A stretch of 64,000 nt of DNA, from the NCBI GenBank assembly GCA_964527925.1, contig CAZGQO010000001.1, positions 491,312-555,311 of the forward strand, in the 5' to 3' direction. Below, one piece after another: positions 1 to 9,659 of this stretch; position 1 is the stretch's first letter, and every line of letters starts with the position of its first letter. The position numbers were made by a program, and so were the translations under genes. Origin of the DNA: an uncultured Ignavibacteriaceae bacterium. Lineage in GTDB: Bacteria; Bacteroidota; Ignavibacteria; Ch128b. A model generated the notes under the pieces. That model was not told where the DNA came from, made no database searches, and worked only from the letters and a program-made list of their open reading frames with translations.

Positions 1-1079
1 GTCCGAGTTCTTTCAAAGTTTTCCTGTTTGTTTGGATTGGAATTATTTTCAATTATTCTACCCTGCTTTTCTCTCGTATCAATTCTTTTGTTCCTATCAT
101 TATCAAGATTAATTGGTTCACGATCCTGAACTTTTCTTTCCTGATCTTCATTACGATTGTTTCTTATTTCTGGTCGTTCAATCACGATTTCTCTTCTTTG
201 ATTTAATTCTTCTCTTCGATTAGTTTCATTTTCTCGAGTTGTGATTCTTTCACGAGTTACTGCAATTTTATCAGTTTCAAGATTTAACCTTCTTTCAGGC
301 TTTTTGAAGGAATAATCAGTTCTCTGATTAAATTCTCTTTCATCAGGTCGATAGATTGTAACTCTTTCTGGACTTCTATCTGAGCTTAAATCACGCAATC
401 TTGTAGTCTCATTGACTTTTGTTTCAATCACTCTTCCGCCTCGTTTCTCAACAAAATTTCTATCAATTCCTCTATTTATTATCCTATCTCCATCAACTCG
501 ATAATCAACTGAATATCTTGAATCTCGATAAATCACATACCTGTGTTTAGCTGGAACAACATATCTATGAACTTCATAACCGCAGAAATATCTTACCGGA
601 ACAAAATGCCAGTAATAATGCGGTGAATGCCAGTTGACTGTAAATCTAATTCCAATGGTTATTGAAAAACTTGCGTAAGGTGGTAGCGGAGCCCAGCCGA
701 TGTAGTAATCGTTAAATCTCCACTCAACCCAGGCAGGAGCCCATTCATAATCGGGAATCCAAATCCAGCCATAATAATCATCATAATACCATCTGCCGTA
801 GTGATAAACTGCCCAGCCAAATGGTTCGAAGGAATCCCAGTACCAGCCATAAGGTGTCCAGACCCAACGACCAATTAAATAAGGCGCCCATCCATAAGAT
901 ATTTTAATTGGTCTCCAGGCATAAACTCCATAATCAATTTCAATCCATTCACCATAAGGTAAAAGAGAATTATAAAATACATTAAAAGTCACTCGACCGT
1001 AAGATGGTAAATTTTTAGCTTCTAATGTATTTGATGTGAATGCTGAAAGTAGAAACAGAATTAAAAATAACTTTTTCAT
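1..1079 (-). CDS. DUF6600-like secreted Trp/Tyr-rich protein, 3' end runs off the window
   Basis: Not in the ORF track because it has no stop inside the window. Manual translation from ATG at 1079 (GAGG upstream) gives MKKLFLILFLLSAFTSNTLEAK (signal peptide), then FYNSLLPYGEW, GWAPYLIGRWVWTPYGWYWDSFEPFGWAVYHYGRWYYDDYYGWIWIP and WAPAWVEWR. An R/E/D/N-rich low-complexity tail stays open to base 1. Confidence 0.8.
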   Translation of the reverse strand, partial: MKKLFLILFLLSAFTSNTLEAKNLPSYGRVTFNVFYNSLLPYGEWIEIDYGVYAWRPIKISYGWAPYLIGRWVWTPYGWYWDSFEPFGWAVYHYGRWYYDDYYGWIWIPDYEWAPAWVEWRFNDYYIGWAPLPPYASFSITIGIRFTVNWHSPHYYWHFVPVRYFCGYEVHRYVVPAKHRYVIYRDSRYSVDYRVDGDRIINRGIDRNFVEKRGGRVIETKVNETTRLRDLSSDRSPERVTIYRPDEREFNQRTDYSFKKPERRLNLETDKIAVTRERITTRENETNRREELNQRREIVIERPEIRNNRNEDQERKVQDREPINLDNDRNKRIDTREKQGRIIENNSNPNKQENFERTR

Positions 1080-1260
1080 TTTTAACCTCATTAATTTGTA
1101 AAACAATAAAATCAATCTGTGTGCCGAGATATTTTTTGTAATTATTTGAAATTATACGAGCTTAATAATCTTCTTTTGTACAATTAAGTAAACATACTTT
1201 TATGATTACGAGACAATTCAAATGATTAACAAATTCAGGTGAGAATGATTTGATGGGAGA

Positions 1261-2913
1261 TTATTTTAAGTCTAATTCATAGAAACGGGATAAAACACGG
1301 TAGGCATTATGTTTCCATGTATAATTTTGTAAGATAGTTTCGCGAGCGTTATTTCCAAGTTTTAATCTTAATTCTTTTTCATTATACAGACGAATAATTT
1401 TTGATGCAAGTTCATCTGAATCACCTGGCTTAAATTTCAATCCATTAAATTCATCAATGATTATTTTGCCAATTTGCTCAAGATCGCTTGCAATGATTGG
1501 TTTGCCCATTGCCATATATTCGAATAATTTCGTTGGTGAACCAAAAAATCGTTCTCCGCTTTCAAAACCAAGATGAGGTGAAACAAGAACATCACATGCA
1601 GCAAGATACTCTGGTGCTTCTGAGTGTGGAATGATTCCAGTAAAATAAATTGTTCCCTGGAGATTAAGTTGATAAGTTTTCAATTCAAGATCTGGTTTTA
1701 AATTCCCATCACCAATGAGTAAAAATTTTATATCGGAATTTTTTTGATGAACTTTTATTGCAGCTTCAAACAAAGTTTCCACTCCATGCCAGCGAGTAAA
1801 TGTACCAATGAATCCAACAATAAAATTTTCATCAAGATTAAATTTTTTTCTAATTCTAACTCCTTCAACGGCAGGTGAAAATTTTTCTGGATCAACTCCG
1901 TTTGGATTAACTACAATTTTTGAATCTTCAATGTCATATTTTTTTATTTGTTCTTTAGTTACTTCACTAACAACGCTTAAGAGATCTGCATTTTGAAGTG
2001 CAAATTTTTCAATTTGTGTTGCGAGTTTTTCAAATACTAATCTGCTCCAGTTTTTCTTTGCCCATACTTCAGAGTTGTTCACTTCAAGAATAATTGGTAC
2101 ACCAATTTTTTTCGATAGAATTACTCCACTCGCATTAAAAATGGAATGACGTTGGTAGATTAATCCTATTGAATTTTTATCGAGTAATTTTTTCAAACAT
2201 CTGATCAATCTAAAATGATAATCGATCAACTGAAGTTCATCAAAAAATTCAAGAAATTGGTTTGGTTTTAAAAATATGGAGAAATCGTAATCAATTAATG
2301 GATAATCACTAACATAAATTGACTTAAAACCTAATTGTTTTGCACCAGTCAAAAATCCCTTAATATGTGTAAAGGAACCACCAGCAATTACCTTCCCTGC
2401 TAAATCTGTCCTTAAGAAAAGAATTGTTTTGTTGTTTGAGTAAAAGAAGTTTTCCCTTTTCCAGAATAAAAGATAAATCAAATAGAAAAAGATAACTGCT
2501 TTTAAGAGAACATAAATTGAGATAAAAATTCCCGTAAAAAGTTTAGGGATTAAATCTAATAATAAAGTCAACTTGTTTTTTTTGACAGAATGAGATTCAT
2601 CGAAAAGAATTATCTGGTGTTTTGATTTTGTAAGTAAAGCTAAAAGTTTTAAAGAAGTTTTATTACGATTTAATTGACTGTTTAAATTAGAAATAACGGC
2701 TAAATCATAATATGAATCTCTTACTTTTTTTGATATAGCAATCACTCCACTGCTTACAAAATCTGATTTAGTTAGAGTTCTAATCTCGCCTTTGAAAGAT
2801 TCATTTAAAATTCTGATTACTTGAGAATCTTCGAAAGCTATCAGCAAAATCTTTTTTGGTTTGAGTTGATTAATTGTTTCAATTAATCTTGAATAAACAC
2901 TATCACTGGTCAT
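1261..2913 (-). CDS. Glycosyltransferase family 4 with extra N-terminal domain and hydrophobic segment
   Basis: C-terminal GT-B/GT4 motifs VVNPNGVD, GFIGTFTRWHG, SPTKLFEYMAMGKPIIASD. About 160 additional N-terminal residues. Confidence 0.85.
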   Translation of the reverse strand: MTSDSVYSRLIETINQLKPKKILLIAFEDSQVIRILNESFKGEIRTLTKSDFVSSGVIAISKKVRDSYYDLAVISNLNSQLNRNKTSLKLLALLTKSKHQIILFDESHSVKKNKLTLLLDLIPKLFTGIFISIYVLLKAVIFFYLIYLLFWKRENFFYSNNKTILFLRTDLAGKVIAGGSFTHIKGFLTGAKQLGFKSIYVSDYPLIDYDFSIFLKPNQFLEFFDELQLIDYHFRLIRCLKKLLDKNSIGLIYQRHSIFNASGVILSKKIGVPIILEVNNSEVWAKKNWSRLVFEKLATQIEKFALQNADLLSVVSEVTKEQIKKYDIEDSKIVVNPNGVDPEKFSPAVEGVRIRKKFNLDENFIVGFIGTFTRWHGVETLFEAAIKVHQKNSDIKFLLIGDGNLKPDLELKTYQLNLQGTIYFTGIIPHSEAPEYLAACDVLVSPHLGFESGERFFGSPTKLFEYMAMGKPIIASDLEQIGKIIIDEFNGLKFKPGDSDELASKIIRLYNEKELRLKLGNNARETILQNYTWKHNAYRVLSRFYELDLK

Positions 2914-5433
2914 TTACGCTGATTTTTTCCTTAGAAAATTTTTAATTCCAAAGAAAGCTAAAATCACAAGTACAATTGCATTTAATCCAAATGAGATTTT
3001 TTTTCCGAGATAATAACTAATTGGTTCATATTTAAATTCAACTTTATGTTTACCTTTGGGGACAAGAATCGCACGTCCATTATGATTTACACGATGAATT
3101 TTAGTTTCTTTTCCATCGATTAGAGCTTTCCAGCCAACATTGTAATATGTATCGCCAAGAATCAGAAGATTATTTCCAGAAGCATTAACATCCATCTCAA
3201 TATTTTCAAAGACATATTTTTTGATTTTCACATAAGCAGTTGAATCCGGTGGATCTATCTGAGTGAAATCAAGTTTTTCTTCCGGTCTAAAAAATGCAAC
3301 ATCGGCTGGTTCGAATTCATTGTTTTTTACTTTGTTTAAGAATTCTAGTGGTGCAACTTTTTCAAATCTATTCACAAAATAAGCGCGTGGTAAAGCATTC
3401 TTATATAAATTAACGACCGTTGTAGTATCGTAATAAATTACTTCAAACATTGGATCATTAATTGGTCTTTCAGTGATTATGTATTTAACATTAAACATTC
3501 GCCAGAGAGTTGGATTTGAAAGCCCAATTACCTCCACCAGGTCTTGATAAGCACGTGGTTTTGCTCCACTGTATCCATAAAAATCTTGAAGCAAGAATGC
3601 AACATGATAATTAGAGTGATGATTCAAAGAACCAAGAGATCCATCTTGCTTTAGATTCAAAATTCTGTAAACTGAAGAATCTGTTTTTATTGCTTTGACC
3701 CAATCTGGAGTTTCAAAGCTCTTTTGTAATTCATTTTCATCATATTTTCTCATTCCTCTTGAGCTGATTCTAAACAAATCAAACACTGTTAATATGACTA
3801 ATGCAATAACCAAAAACTGAGAATTCAATCTTTCTTTTAAATACAAAAGTGTTAGTCCGAGTCCAGCAATTGCAATTGCAAATGCGATAATTGAATCTTC
3901 ATAAAACATATTAAAAGTGTACTTGTAGAGTTGAGGATGAATTTTTTGTACATCTCTTAATAAACCAGTGTACCAATCTTCTATTACAGAATTCAATGCA
4001 ATGAAAATTATAAACAATCCAGCAAAGAAATAAAGTAGATAATTAATCAATTTTAAATTTAATTGTTCTTTTGATTCTTTATAATTGATGATTGAATAAA
4101 CACCGAGAGCAGAAAGAATCGGAAAGGCAATCTGTACCAGATTCAAAATCATGCTTGGAACGCGAAACTTGTTGAAGAATGGGAAATAATAAAACATCAA
4201 ATCATAGACAATTGGAAATGTCCTTCCAAACGAAATAAGAACAGAAATAATCACAAGTAAAGTTAAAAACTGCACGAAAGGATTTTTCCGATTGTAGTAA
4301 ATTCCTAAGATTCCAAAAATGAAAATTAAAATTCCCATGTATTGAGGAACATCAACAAAAGGCATCTGTCCCCAATAAGTATTTACTTCAACGGGTTGAA
4401 AATTAGTTAATTCACCTTCATAAACTGAATTTCCATAGCCATAAAACGAAGGCATAATCCATGTCAACATTTCACCGGGACTGAAAGACCAATTGGTTGC
4501 GTATTCATAATCCAAACCAGAAGAAGTCTTTTTTGATGGATTAGCTTGTTCAAGTACACCTGGAGTTCCTCTAATTGAAGTTGGATTATACTCATAAATC
4601 GCCCAGTATTGATCGATTGACATTCCTGCAGCAAAAATTGAAGCAAATATAAAAATCACTCCAACCTTTAGAAGATTTACAACCTCTTTTGTTTTTTTCT
4701 GCATTAGATATTTTATCATGAAAAAGATGAAATAAATCAAAACTACAAAGAATGAATAAAAAATCTCTTGAATATGCGCTGAAAGTAATTGAATATGAAT
4801 GACTGCAATTAAAAGTATGAAATCAAAAAATGTTAGTTTCGATTGTAAACGCTCGAGTGCCAAGAAGATAAGTGGAATCATGCAGAGAGTTAACATTTTC
4901 GTGTTGTGACCAATAGGAATAAAAATTATCATACCAGTAGAAAAACTCACACCAATACTTGCAAAAAGTGAAGTAAGTCGATCAACTTTTTTGTATCTCA
5001 AGAAGAGATAAGTTGTAACAGCAAGGATGTAAAAATAAAAAGTTGGTCCTGCGGAAAACTCATTTGTAATTCCTTGGAAGATTGATTCAATTAAATGAAT
5101 GATGTAAAGAATTAAATCAAATGATCGTAAATTAATTGATGTGATATATGCAGGCATTCCCATAAAAATGTAGGGATCCCATAAAGGTTGAGTTCCAACT
5201 ACTCTTGCGTATGCAAGATAATTTTTCATAGCCATTGATGTGGTAATATCACCCGATACAAAAGTTTTTGGACCAAAAAAAACATCACCAAAAAATAAAT
5301 AAAGCAAGATTAAAGGAATTAAAAGAAACACAAAATCCTGATATTTAACTGGAATAAAATCATCAATTGAAAGATTGGTAAATAAACTTTCCTGTTTTGC
5401 TGACCTGCCAGTTTTCTTTTTCGGTTGCTTCAT
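2914..5433 (-). CDS. YfhO-family (GT-C fold) multi-pass membrane protein
   Basis: 839 aa with many TM segments. PLWDPYIFMGMP, FFPFFNKFRVPSMILNL, C-terminal LILGDTYYNVGWKALIDGK and VPKGKHKVEFKY are typical of YfhO. Confidence 0.8.
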   Translation of the reverse strand: MKQPKKKTGRSAKQESLFTNLSIDDFIPVKYQDFVFLLIPLILLYLFFGDVFFGPKTFVSGDITTSMAMKNYLAYARVVGTQPLWDPYIFMGMPAYITSINLRSFDLILYIIHLIESIFQGITNEFSAGPTFYFYILAVTTYLFLRYKKVDRLTSLFASIGVSFSTGMIIFIPIGHNTKMLTLCMIPLIFLALERLQSKLTFFDFILLIAVIHIQLLSAHIQEIFYSFFVVLIYFIFFMIKYLMQKKTKEVVNLLKVGVIFIFASIFAAGMSIDQYWAIYEYNPTSIRGTPGVLEQANPSKKTSSGLDYEYATNWSFSPGEMLTWIMPSFYGYGNSVYEGELTNFQPVEVNTYWGQMPFVDVPQYMGILIFIFGILGIYYNRKNPFVQFLTLLVIISVLISFGRTFPIVYDLMFYYFPFFNKFRVPSMILNLVQIAFPILSALGVYSIINYKESKEQLNLKLINYLLYFFAGLFIIFIALNSVIEDWYTGLLRDVQKIHPQLYKYTFNMFYEDSIIAFAIAIAGLGLTLLYLKERLNSQFLVIALVILTVFDLFRISSRGMRKYDENELQKSFETPDWVKAIKTDSSVYRILNLKQDGSLGSLNHHSNYHVAFLLQDFYGYSGAKPRAYQDLVEVIGLSNPTLWRMFNVKYIITERPINDPMFEVIYYDTTTVVNLYKNALPRAYFVNRFEKVAPLEFLNKVKNNEFEPADVAFFRPEEKLDFTQIDPPDSTAYVKIKKYVFENIEMDVNASGNNLLILGDTYYNVGWKALIDGKETKIHRVNHNGRAILVPKGKHKVEFKYEPISYYLGKKISFGLNAIVLVILAFFGIKNFLRKKSA

Positions 5434-5517
5434 TCTCCTACTCCTGATAAAAATTTTTTGATTGAATATTCTATTAAAAATTTTTCAGATTCTGGTTTTC
5501 AATATAATCATCACAAA

Positions 5518-6843
5518 TTATTTAATGGAATGAATTATTTGAAGAAGACTTTCTGTCAATTTTTCGCGAGTAAATTTCATTCGCTCTGGTGAATCAAATT
5601 TTTTCAATTCATTGTTTTTCCATTGGTTGAATAGAAGAATAATCAATTTTTTCATCTCATCTTTTTTATCATAATCAATTGCAGTTCCCTGATTTACATG
5701 ATTAATCAATTTTGCTGATTCACCATTCTCTGGTCCAATCACAAGCACAAAATTACCTGATGCAATGTATTCAAAAATTTTTCCGGGAAGAATTTCATTA
5801 CTCGTTGCAACTCTATTGACTATCATCAATAAGAGATGAGAATTAAAAACCAGATTCAAAACTTCACCATGACTTAAGTAACCATGGTTAATGAAATTCT
5901 TAAAAAATTTTTTTTGAGTGATGAAGTTTTTTATTTCATCGTCCATAACACCTGCAAAATGAAATTCGAAATCTTGACTGAAGTTTGAATTTTCTTCTAC
6001 AAGATCCTCAAGAGCTTCCCAAAGTTTTTCTGGGTTTCTTGTCGAAGGCATGTTACCAGTATAGGTTATTATAAATTTCTGTTGATTTATTAATTCAATT
6101 TTTTTGAAATCATCAGGATCAAATCCATTTGTGAGAACACTGTAATTATTCTGAACATTTTTCGATTTGATGATTTTCAAATATCCTTCACTTGCAGCTG
6201 TTATGTGATCAGCATTTTTCAATACTATTCTTTCAAGATATGAATCTACTTTTTCAGCAAACTTTGTTCTTTTCATTCCCGAGTAATAGTCTATATCTGT
6301 CCATGGATCTCTGAAATCTGCAATCCATTTTACGCCTGTAAATTTTTTTATTAATAATGCAATCAGATGAGTTGTGTGTGGTGGACCCGAGCTGATAACA
6401 ACATCAATTTTATTTGATTTAACCACTTCAATCCCCTTCTTCACTGCAAATGGCAGCCAGCCAATTTTTGCATCCGGTAGAAATAAATTTAGACGAACAA
6501 ACACAGAAAATCTTTCAGCAAGCGATTTGTGATTATCTTTGATAAATGCAACAGGAATTTTCTCGTCTGGCTTTCGTCCCGTTATTTTTCTGTAAATTCC
6601 AAATGGTGTCCAGTACTTTGTTCTAAAAATTTTTGTTTCTGATGGAATTTTGTCCATCAAAGAATAATCGAGATCGGGATAATCAACTTTATCAACTGTT
6701 AAAACAAATGTTTGATTTCCGAATTTATCTAAATATTTCAAAAACTTTATAATTCTCTGTGTAGCTGCACCAGCAGCTGGTGGAAAATTGTATACAACAA
6801 AAAGAATATCCTTTCCTTCCATTTCCATTAAAAATTTATTCAA
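5518..6843 (-). CDS. Glycosyltransferase family 4
   Basis: N-terminal YNFPPAAGAATQRIIKFLKYL, WIADFRDPW, ILPGKIFEYIASG. Confidence 0.85.
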   Translation of the reverse strand: MNKFLMEMEGKDILFVVYNFPPAAGAATQRIIKFLKYLDKFGNQTFVLTVDKVDYPDLDYSLMDKIPSETKIFRTKYWTPFGIYRKITGRKPDEKIPVAFIKDNHKSLAERFSVFVRLNLFLPDAKIGWLPFAVKKGIEVVKSNKIDVVISSGPPHTTHLIALLIKKFTGVKWIADFRDPWTDIDYYSGMKRTKFAEKVDSYLERIVLKNADHITAASEGYLKIIKSKNVQNNYSVLTNGFDPDDFKKIELINQQKFIITYTGNMPSTRNPEKLWEALEDLVEENSNFSQDFEFHFAGVMDDEIKNFITQKKFFKNFINHGYLSHGEVLNLVFNSHLLLMIVNRVATSNEILPGKIFEYIASGNFVLVIGPENGESAKLINHVNQGTAIDYDKKDEMKKLIILLFNQWKNNELKKFDSPERMKFTREKLTESLLQIIHSIK

Positions 6844-7011
6844 AATTAAAAGGATTTAATTAAAATCGAATTTTAAGTCCAAATATTAACTCCACAGTTT
6901 TCTATTAGATTTTGTAAGATAAATTTTAGATAAAGGTTGTCATTTCAAAAAAACCAAACTTTTTTATTGATGGAGAAGCTGAATGAAGTAAATTATATCC
7001 TTCTACTTTTT

Positions 7012-7797
7012 TCAATAATCCAGTAAAAGATCAGCAATAGAATTTAAGACAAAGGTTGGCTTTATAGATGACGAATTCAGCTGTTCTCGTTTTGTCACGC
7101 CTGAAAGTACAAGTGCCGAATCGATGTTGTTATTGTTAGCAAGAAGAATATCTGTTTCAAGTCTATCGCCAACTAAAATGCATTTTGATCTTTCGAGATT
7201 TAACCGATTTAAAATTTCATTCGCAATTAACTCAGAAGGTTTCCCAAAATTTAATTCGAGTTTACGATTGGTTAGATTTTCGAGTATCTGAATTGTGTAA
7301 CCTGCATCAAGAATTTCTCCATTTTCAACTGGACAGGTGTAATCGATATTTGCGGCGAAAAATTTTGCACCATTTTCAAGCGCCCTTTGAGCTATGTGAA
7401 TTTTTTTGAAATTCAATGTTCTATCCAGAGTCACCAGAACAATATCCACTTTATGATTTGCCAGTTTAATTCCGTTTCTTTTCAAATAGTTCAGAAAAAC
7501 TTTTTCTCCAATTACAAAAACTTTTGCATTTGAAAAATTTCTCAAAATGAAATTCCTGGTCACTTCAGCTGAAGTAATTATTTGGTTTACAGAACACTCA
7601 ATTTTAAATGAATTTAATTTTCTCTTATAGGAATGTTTTGTTAAAGTGGTTCTATTCGAAACAAAAACATACTTCTTATTAAGGAGTTTTAATTTTTTGA
7701 ACAGATGTTGAGCGGAATCAATTAATTTTGATTCACGATAAATTGTCCCATCAAGATCAAAAATGAATCCTTCGTACTTTTGAAGAATTTGATTCAC
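7012..7797 (-). CDS. HAD-IIA (NagD-like) sugar/nucleotide phosphatase
   Basis: HAD motifs FIFDLDGTIY, FGKP, VGDRLETDI. GTG start. Confidence 0.85.
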   Translation of the reverse strand: MNQILQKYEGFIFDLDGTIYRESKLIDSAQHLFKKLKLLNKKYVFVSNRTTLTKHSYKRKLNSFKIECSVNQIITSAEVTRNFILRNFSNAKVFVIGEKVFLNYLKRNGIKLANHKVDIVLVTLDRTLNFKKIHIAQRALENGAKFFAANIDYTCPVENGEILDAGYTIQILENLTNRKLELNFGKPSELIANEILNRLNLERSKCILVGDRLETDILLANNNNIDSALVLSGVTKREQLNSSSIKPTFVLNSIADLLLDY

Positions 7798-7799
7798 TT

Positions 7800-8726
7800 T
7801 CAGTATCCCAATTTCGATTTAATATCGTGAAGATTTTCTTCAATGGTGTGTGGTTTGTAACCCAACTCAGCCTGAGCTTTCAAGTTAAGTAATCCCCCAC
7901 GGAGCGGTCTTCTCGCTTTCTGATTTAACTGGTCTGTTGTAATTGGATTTATTAAACTACTATCGAGGGAAAAAACTTCAGAAATTTTTACAGCAAAATC
8001 GTAGCGGCTTAAATATTCCAACCCACCAATGTTGTAGACTCCACTTTTTCTTTTCTCAACGGCAAGTGAAATTCCATTTACGAGGTCATCGACATAAGTT
8101 GGATTGTTAAACTGGTCAGTCACAACATTAATTGTTTTGTTATTAGAAAGATTTTCCACAACCCATTCAACAAAATTTTTTTTTATACCCTTTTGAACTC
8201 CATAAAGAACATTTGTTCTGATGATAAGATATTCTATTCCACCAATTTTAATTTCATTTTCACTGGCTAACTTTGTCCTTCCATAATATGAAATTGGATT
8301 TGGTTTATCATCTTCGTGGTAGGGACCGTTTTGACCATCAAAGATGAAATCCGTAGAAAGATGAACTAATTTTGCATCAACTATTCGACAACCCTCAACA
8401 AGATGTTTTACGCCATTCACATTAATATTCCATGCAAGTGAACGATTTACTTCACAGCCATCAACATCAGTATAAGCTGCCGCATTGATTATAATATCAG
8501 GGAAAAAGTCGAGAAAGATTTTTTTTACTTCATTTCTCTGAGTAATATCAATTTTAGAGTAACTAAAATTTGAATTTCCAATAAAAGAATCTTCAATTGA
8601 ACAAAGATGAAGTTCAAGATCATTCCTTTTTAGGTAGTATTCTACCAATGCCTGTCCAATCAATCCATTACAACCAAAAATTAAAATTCTTTTTTTGATT
8701 AAACTCATAAACTCCTTCAAAAACAA
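7800..8726 (-). CDS. rfbD: dTDP-4-dehydrorhamnose reductase
   Basis: GCNGLIG, INAAAYTDVDGCE, HLSTDFIFDG, YYGRTK (YxxxK), DQFNNPT. Confidence 0.85.
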   Translation of the reverse strand: MFLKEFMSLIKKRILIFGCNGLIGQALVEYYLKRNDLELHLCSIEDSFIGNSNFSYSKIDITQRNEVKKIFLDFFPDIIINAAAYTDVDGCEVNRSLAWNINVNGVKHLVEGCRIVDAKLVHLSTDFIFDGQNGPYHEDDKPNPISYYGRTKLASENEIKIGGIEYLIIRTNVLYGVQKGIKKNFVEWVVENLSNNKTINVVTDQFNNPTYVDDLVNGISLAVEKRKSGVYNIGGLEYLSRYDFAVKISEVFSLDSSLINPITTDQLNQKARRPLRGGLLNLKAQAELGYKPHTIEENLHDIKSKLGY

Positions 8727-8738
8727 ATTTGTTAGTAA

Positions 8739-9644
8739 CTAAACATTTTTATCGATTGTCCAATTCAACAAATCATCGATGGAGTCAAATTCTATCCTCA
8801 ATGATGAAATACGAACTGCCTCGCTTAAACAAAACTCAATTTGTTCGTTGCTAAAATACTTGTAAGAGAAAACAGCACCAAATATATCGCCGCATCCAAC
8901 ATTTGATTTAAATTTTAATCCACTAACTGGATTACTTGATATTTTTTTAATTTCCTCATTCTCTTTGAAATACGATGTTGCACCTTCTTTTCCTCGAGTT
9001 ATGTTAACAACTTTGCAGCCAGCTTTTATCGCGATATTTGCAAATTCTTCTTCAGTCAATTTAACTGGTGGAATTGATTCTCTTTCGAATTCATTCATTT
9101 GAATTACATCACAGTTTGAAATCCAATCAATCCAATTCTCTAATGGTCTGTAAAATCTTTTTCCATTATCATCAATTCCTCTTGTTAAGGTATGAAAGTC
9201 AAAATAAATTTTTCCAGTAAAATTTCTTTTGATAAAGATTAAATCTTCCAACTCGATTTCAAATCCGCTAATCATATTGATGTAAAAATTTGAATCAGCT
9301 GGAATGATGTTTAATAATTTTTCTACAGGAATTTTTGACTGTTTTTTCTGATAACATTCGAAATGAAGATTCTCTCCTTCGAAGAAAAGATGAACAATAT
9401 TGATTTTAGAATTTGATTTCTCGATAAAGTTGAAATTAAAATTCTTCTTTTGAAAAAGTGGTTGAAAATAATCTTGATAATGCTGTGAGTTTATCGAGAA
9501 GAATGGAATTATCTCATCTTTTTCTTCAGTAATCAATGAAAATCCAATCAAACTATAAATTATTCCACCATAGGATTTTATTTCTTTATCGCCCTTATGA
9601 ATGATATCAAGACAAGGATGACCCAGAACTACTATTCGCATCAA
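8739..9644 (-). CDS. PfkB/ribokinase-family carbohydrate kinase
   Basis: IQMNEFE, NITRGKEGA and the C-terminal anion-hole motif NVGCGDIFGA. Confidence 0.75.
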   Translation of the reverse strand: MMRIVVLGHPCLDIIHKGDKEIKSYGGIIYSLIGFSLITEEKDEIIPFFSINSQHYQDYFQPLFQKKNFNFNFIEKSNSKINIVHLFFEGENLHFECYQKKQSKIPVEKLLNIIPADSNFYINMISGFEIELEDLIFIKRNFTGKIYFDFHTLTRGIDDNGKRFYRPLENWIDWISNCDVIQMNEFERESIPPVKLTEEEFANIAIKAGCKVVNITRGKEGATSYFKENEEIKKISSNPVSGLKFKSNVGCGDIFGAVFSYKYFSNEQIEFCLSEAVRISSLRIEFDSIDDLLNWTIDKNV

Positions 9645-9659
9645 GAAAACTCCAGCAAA

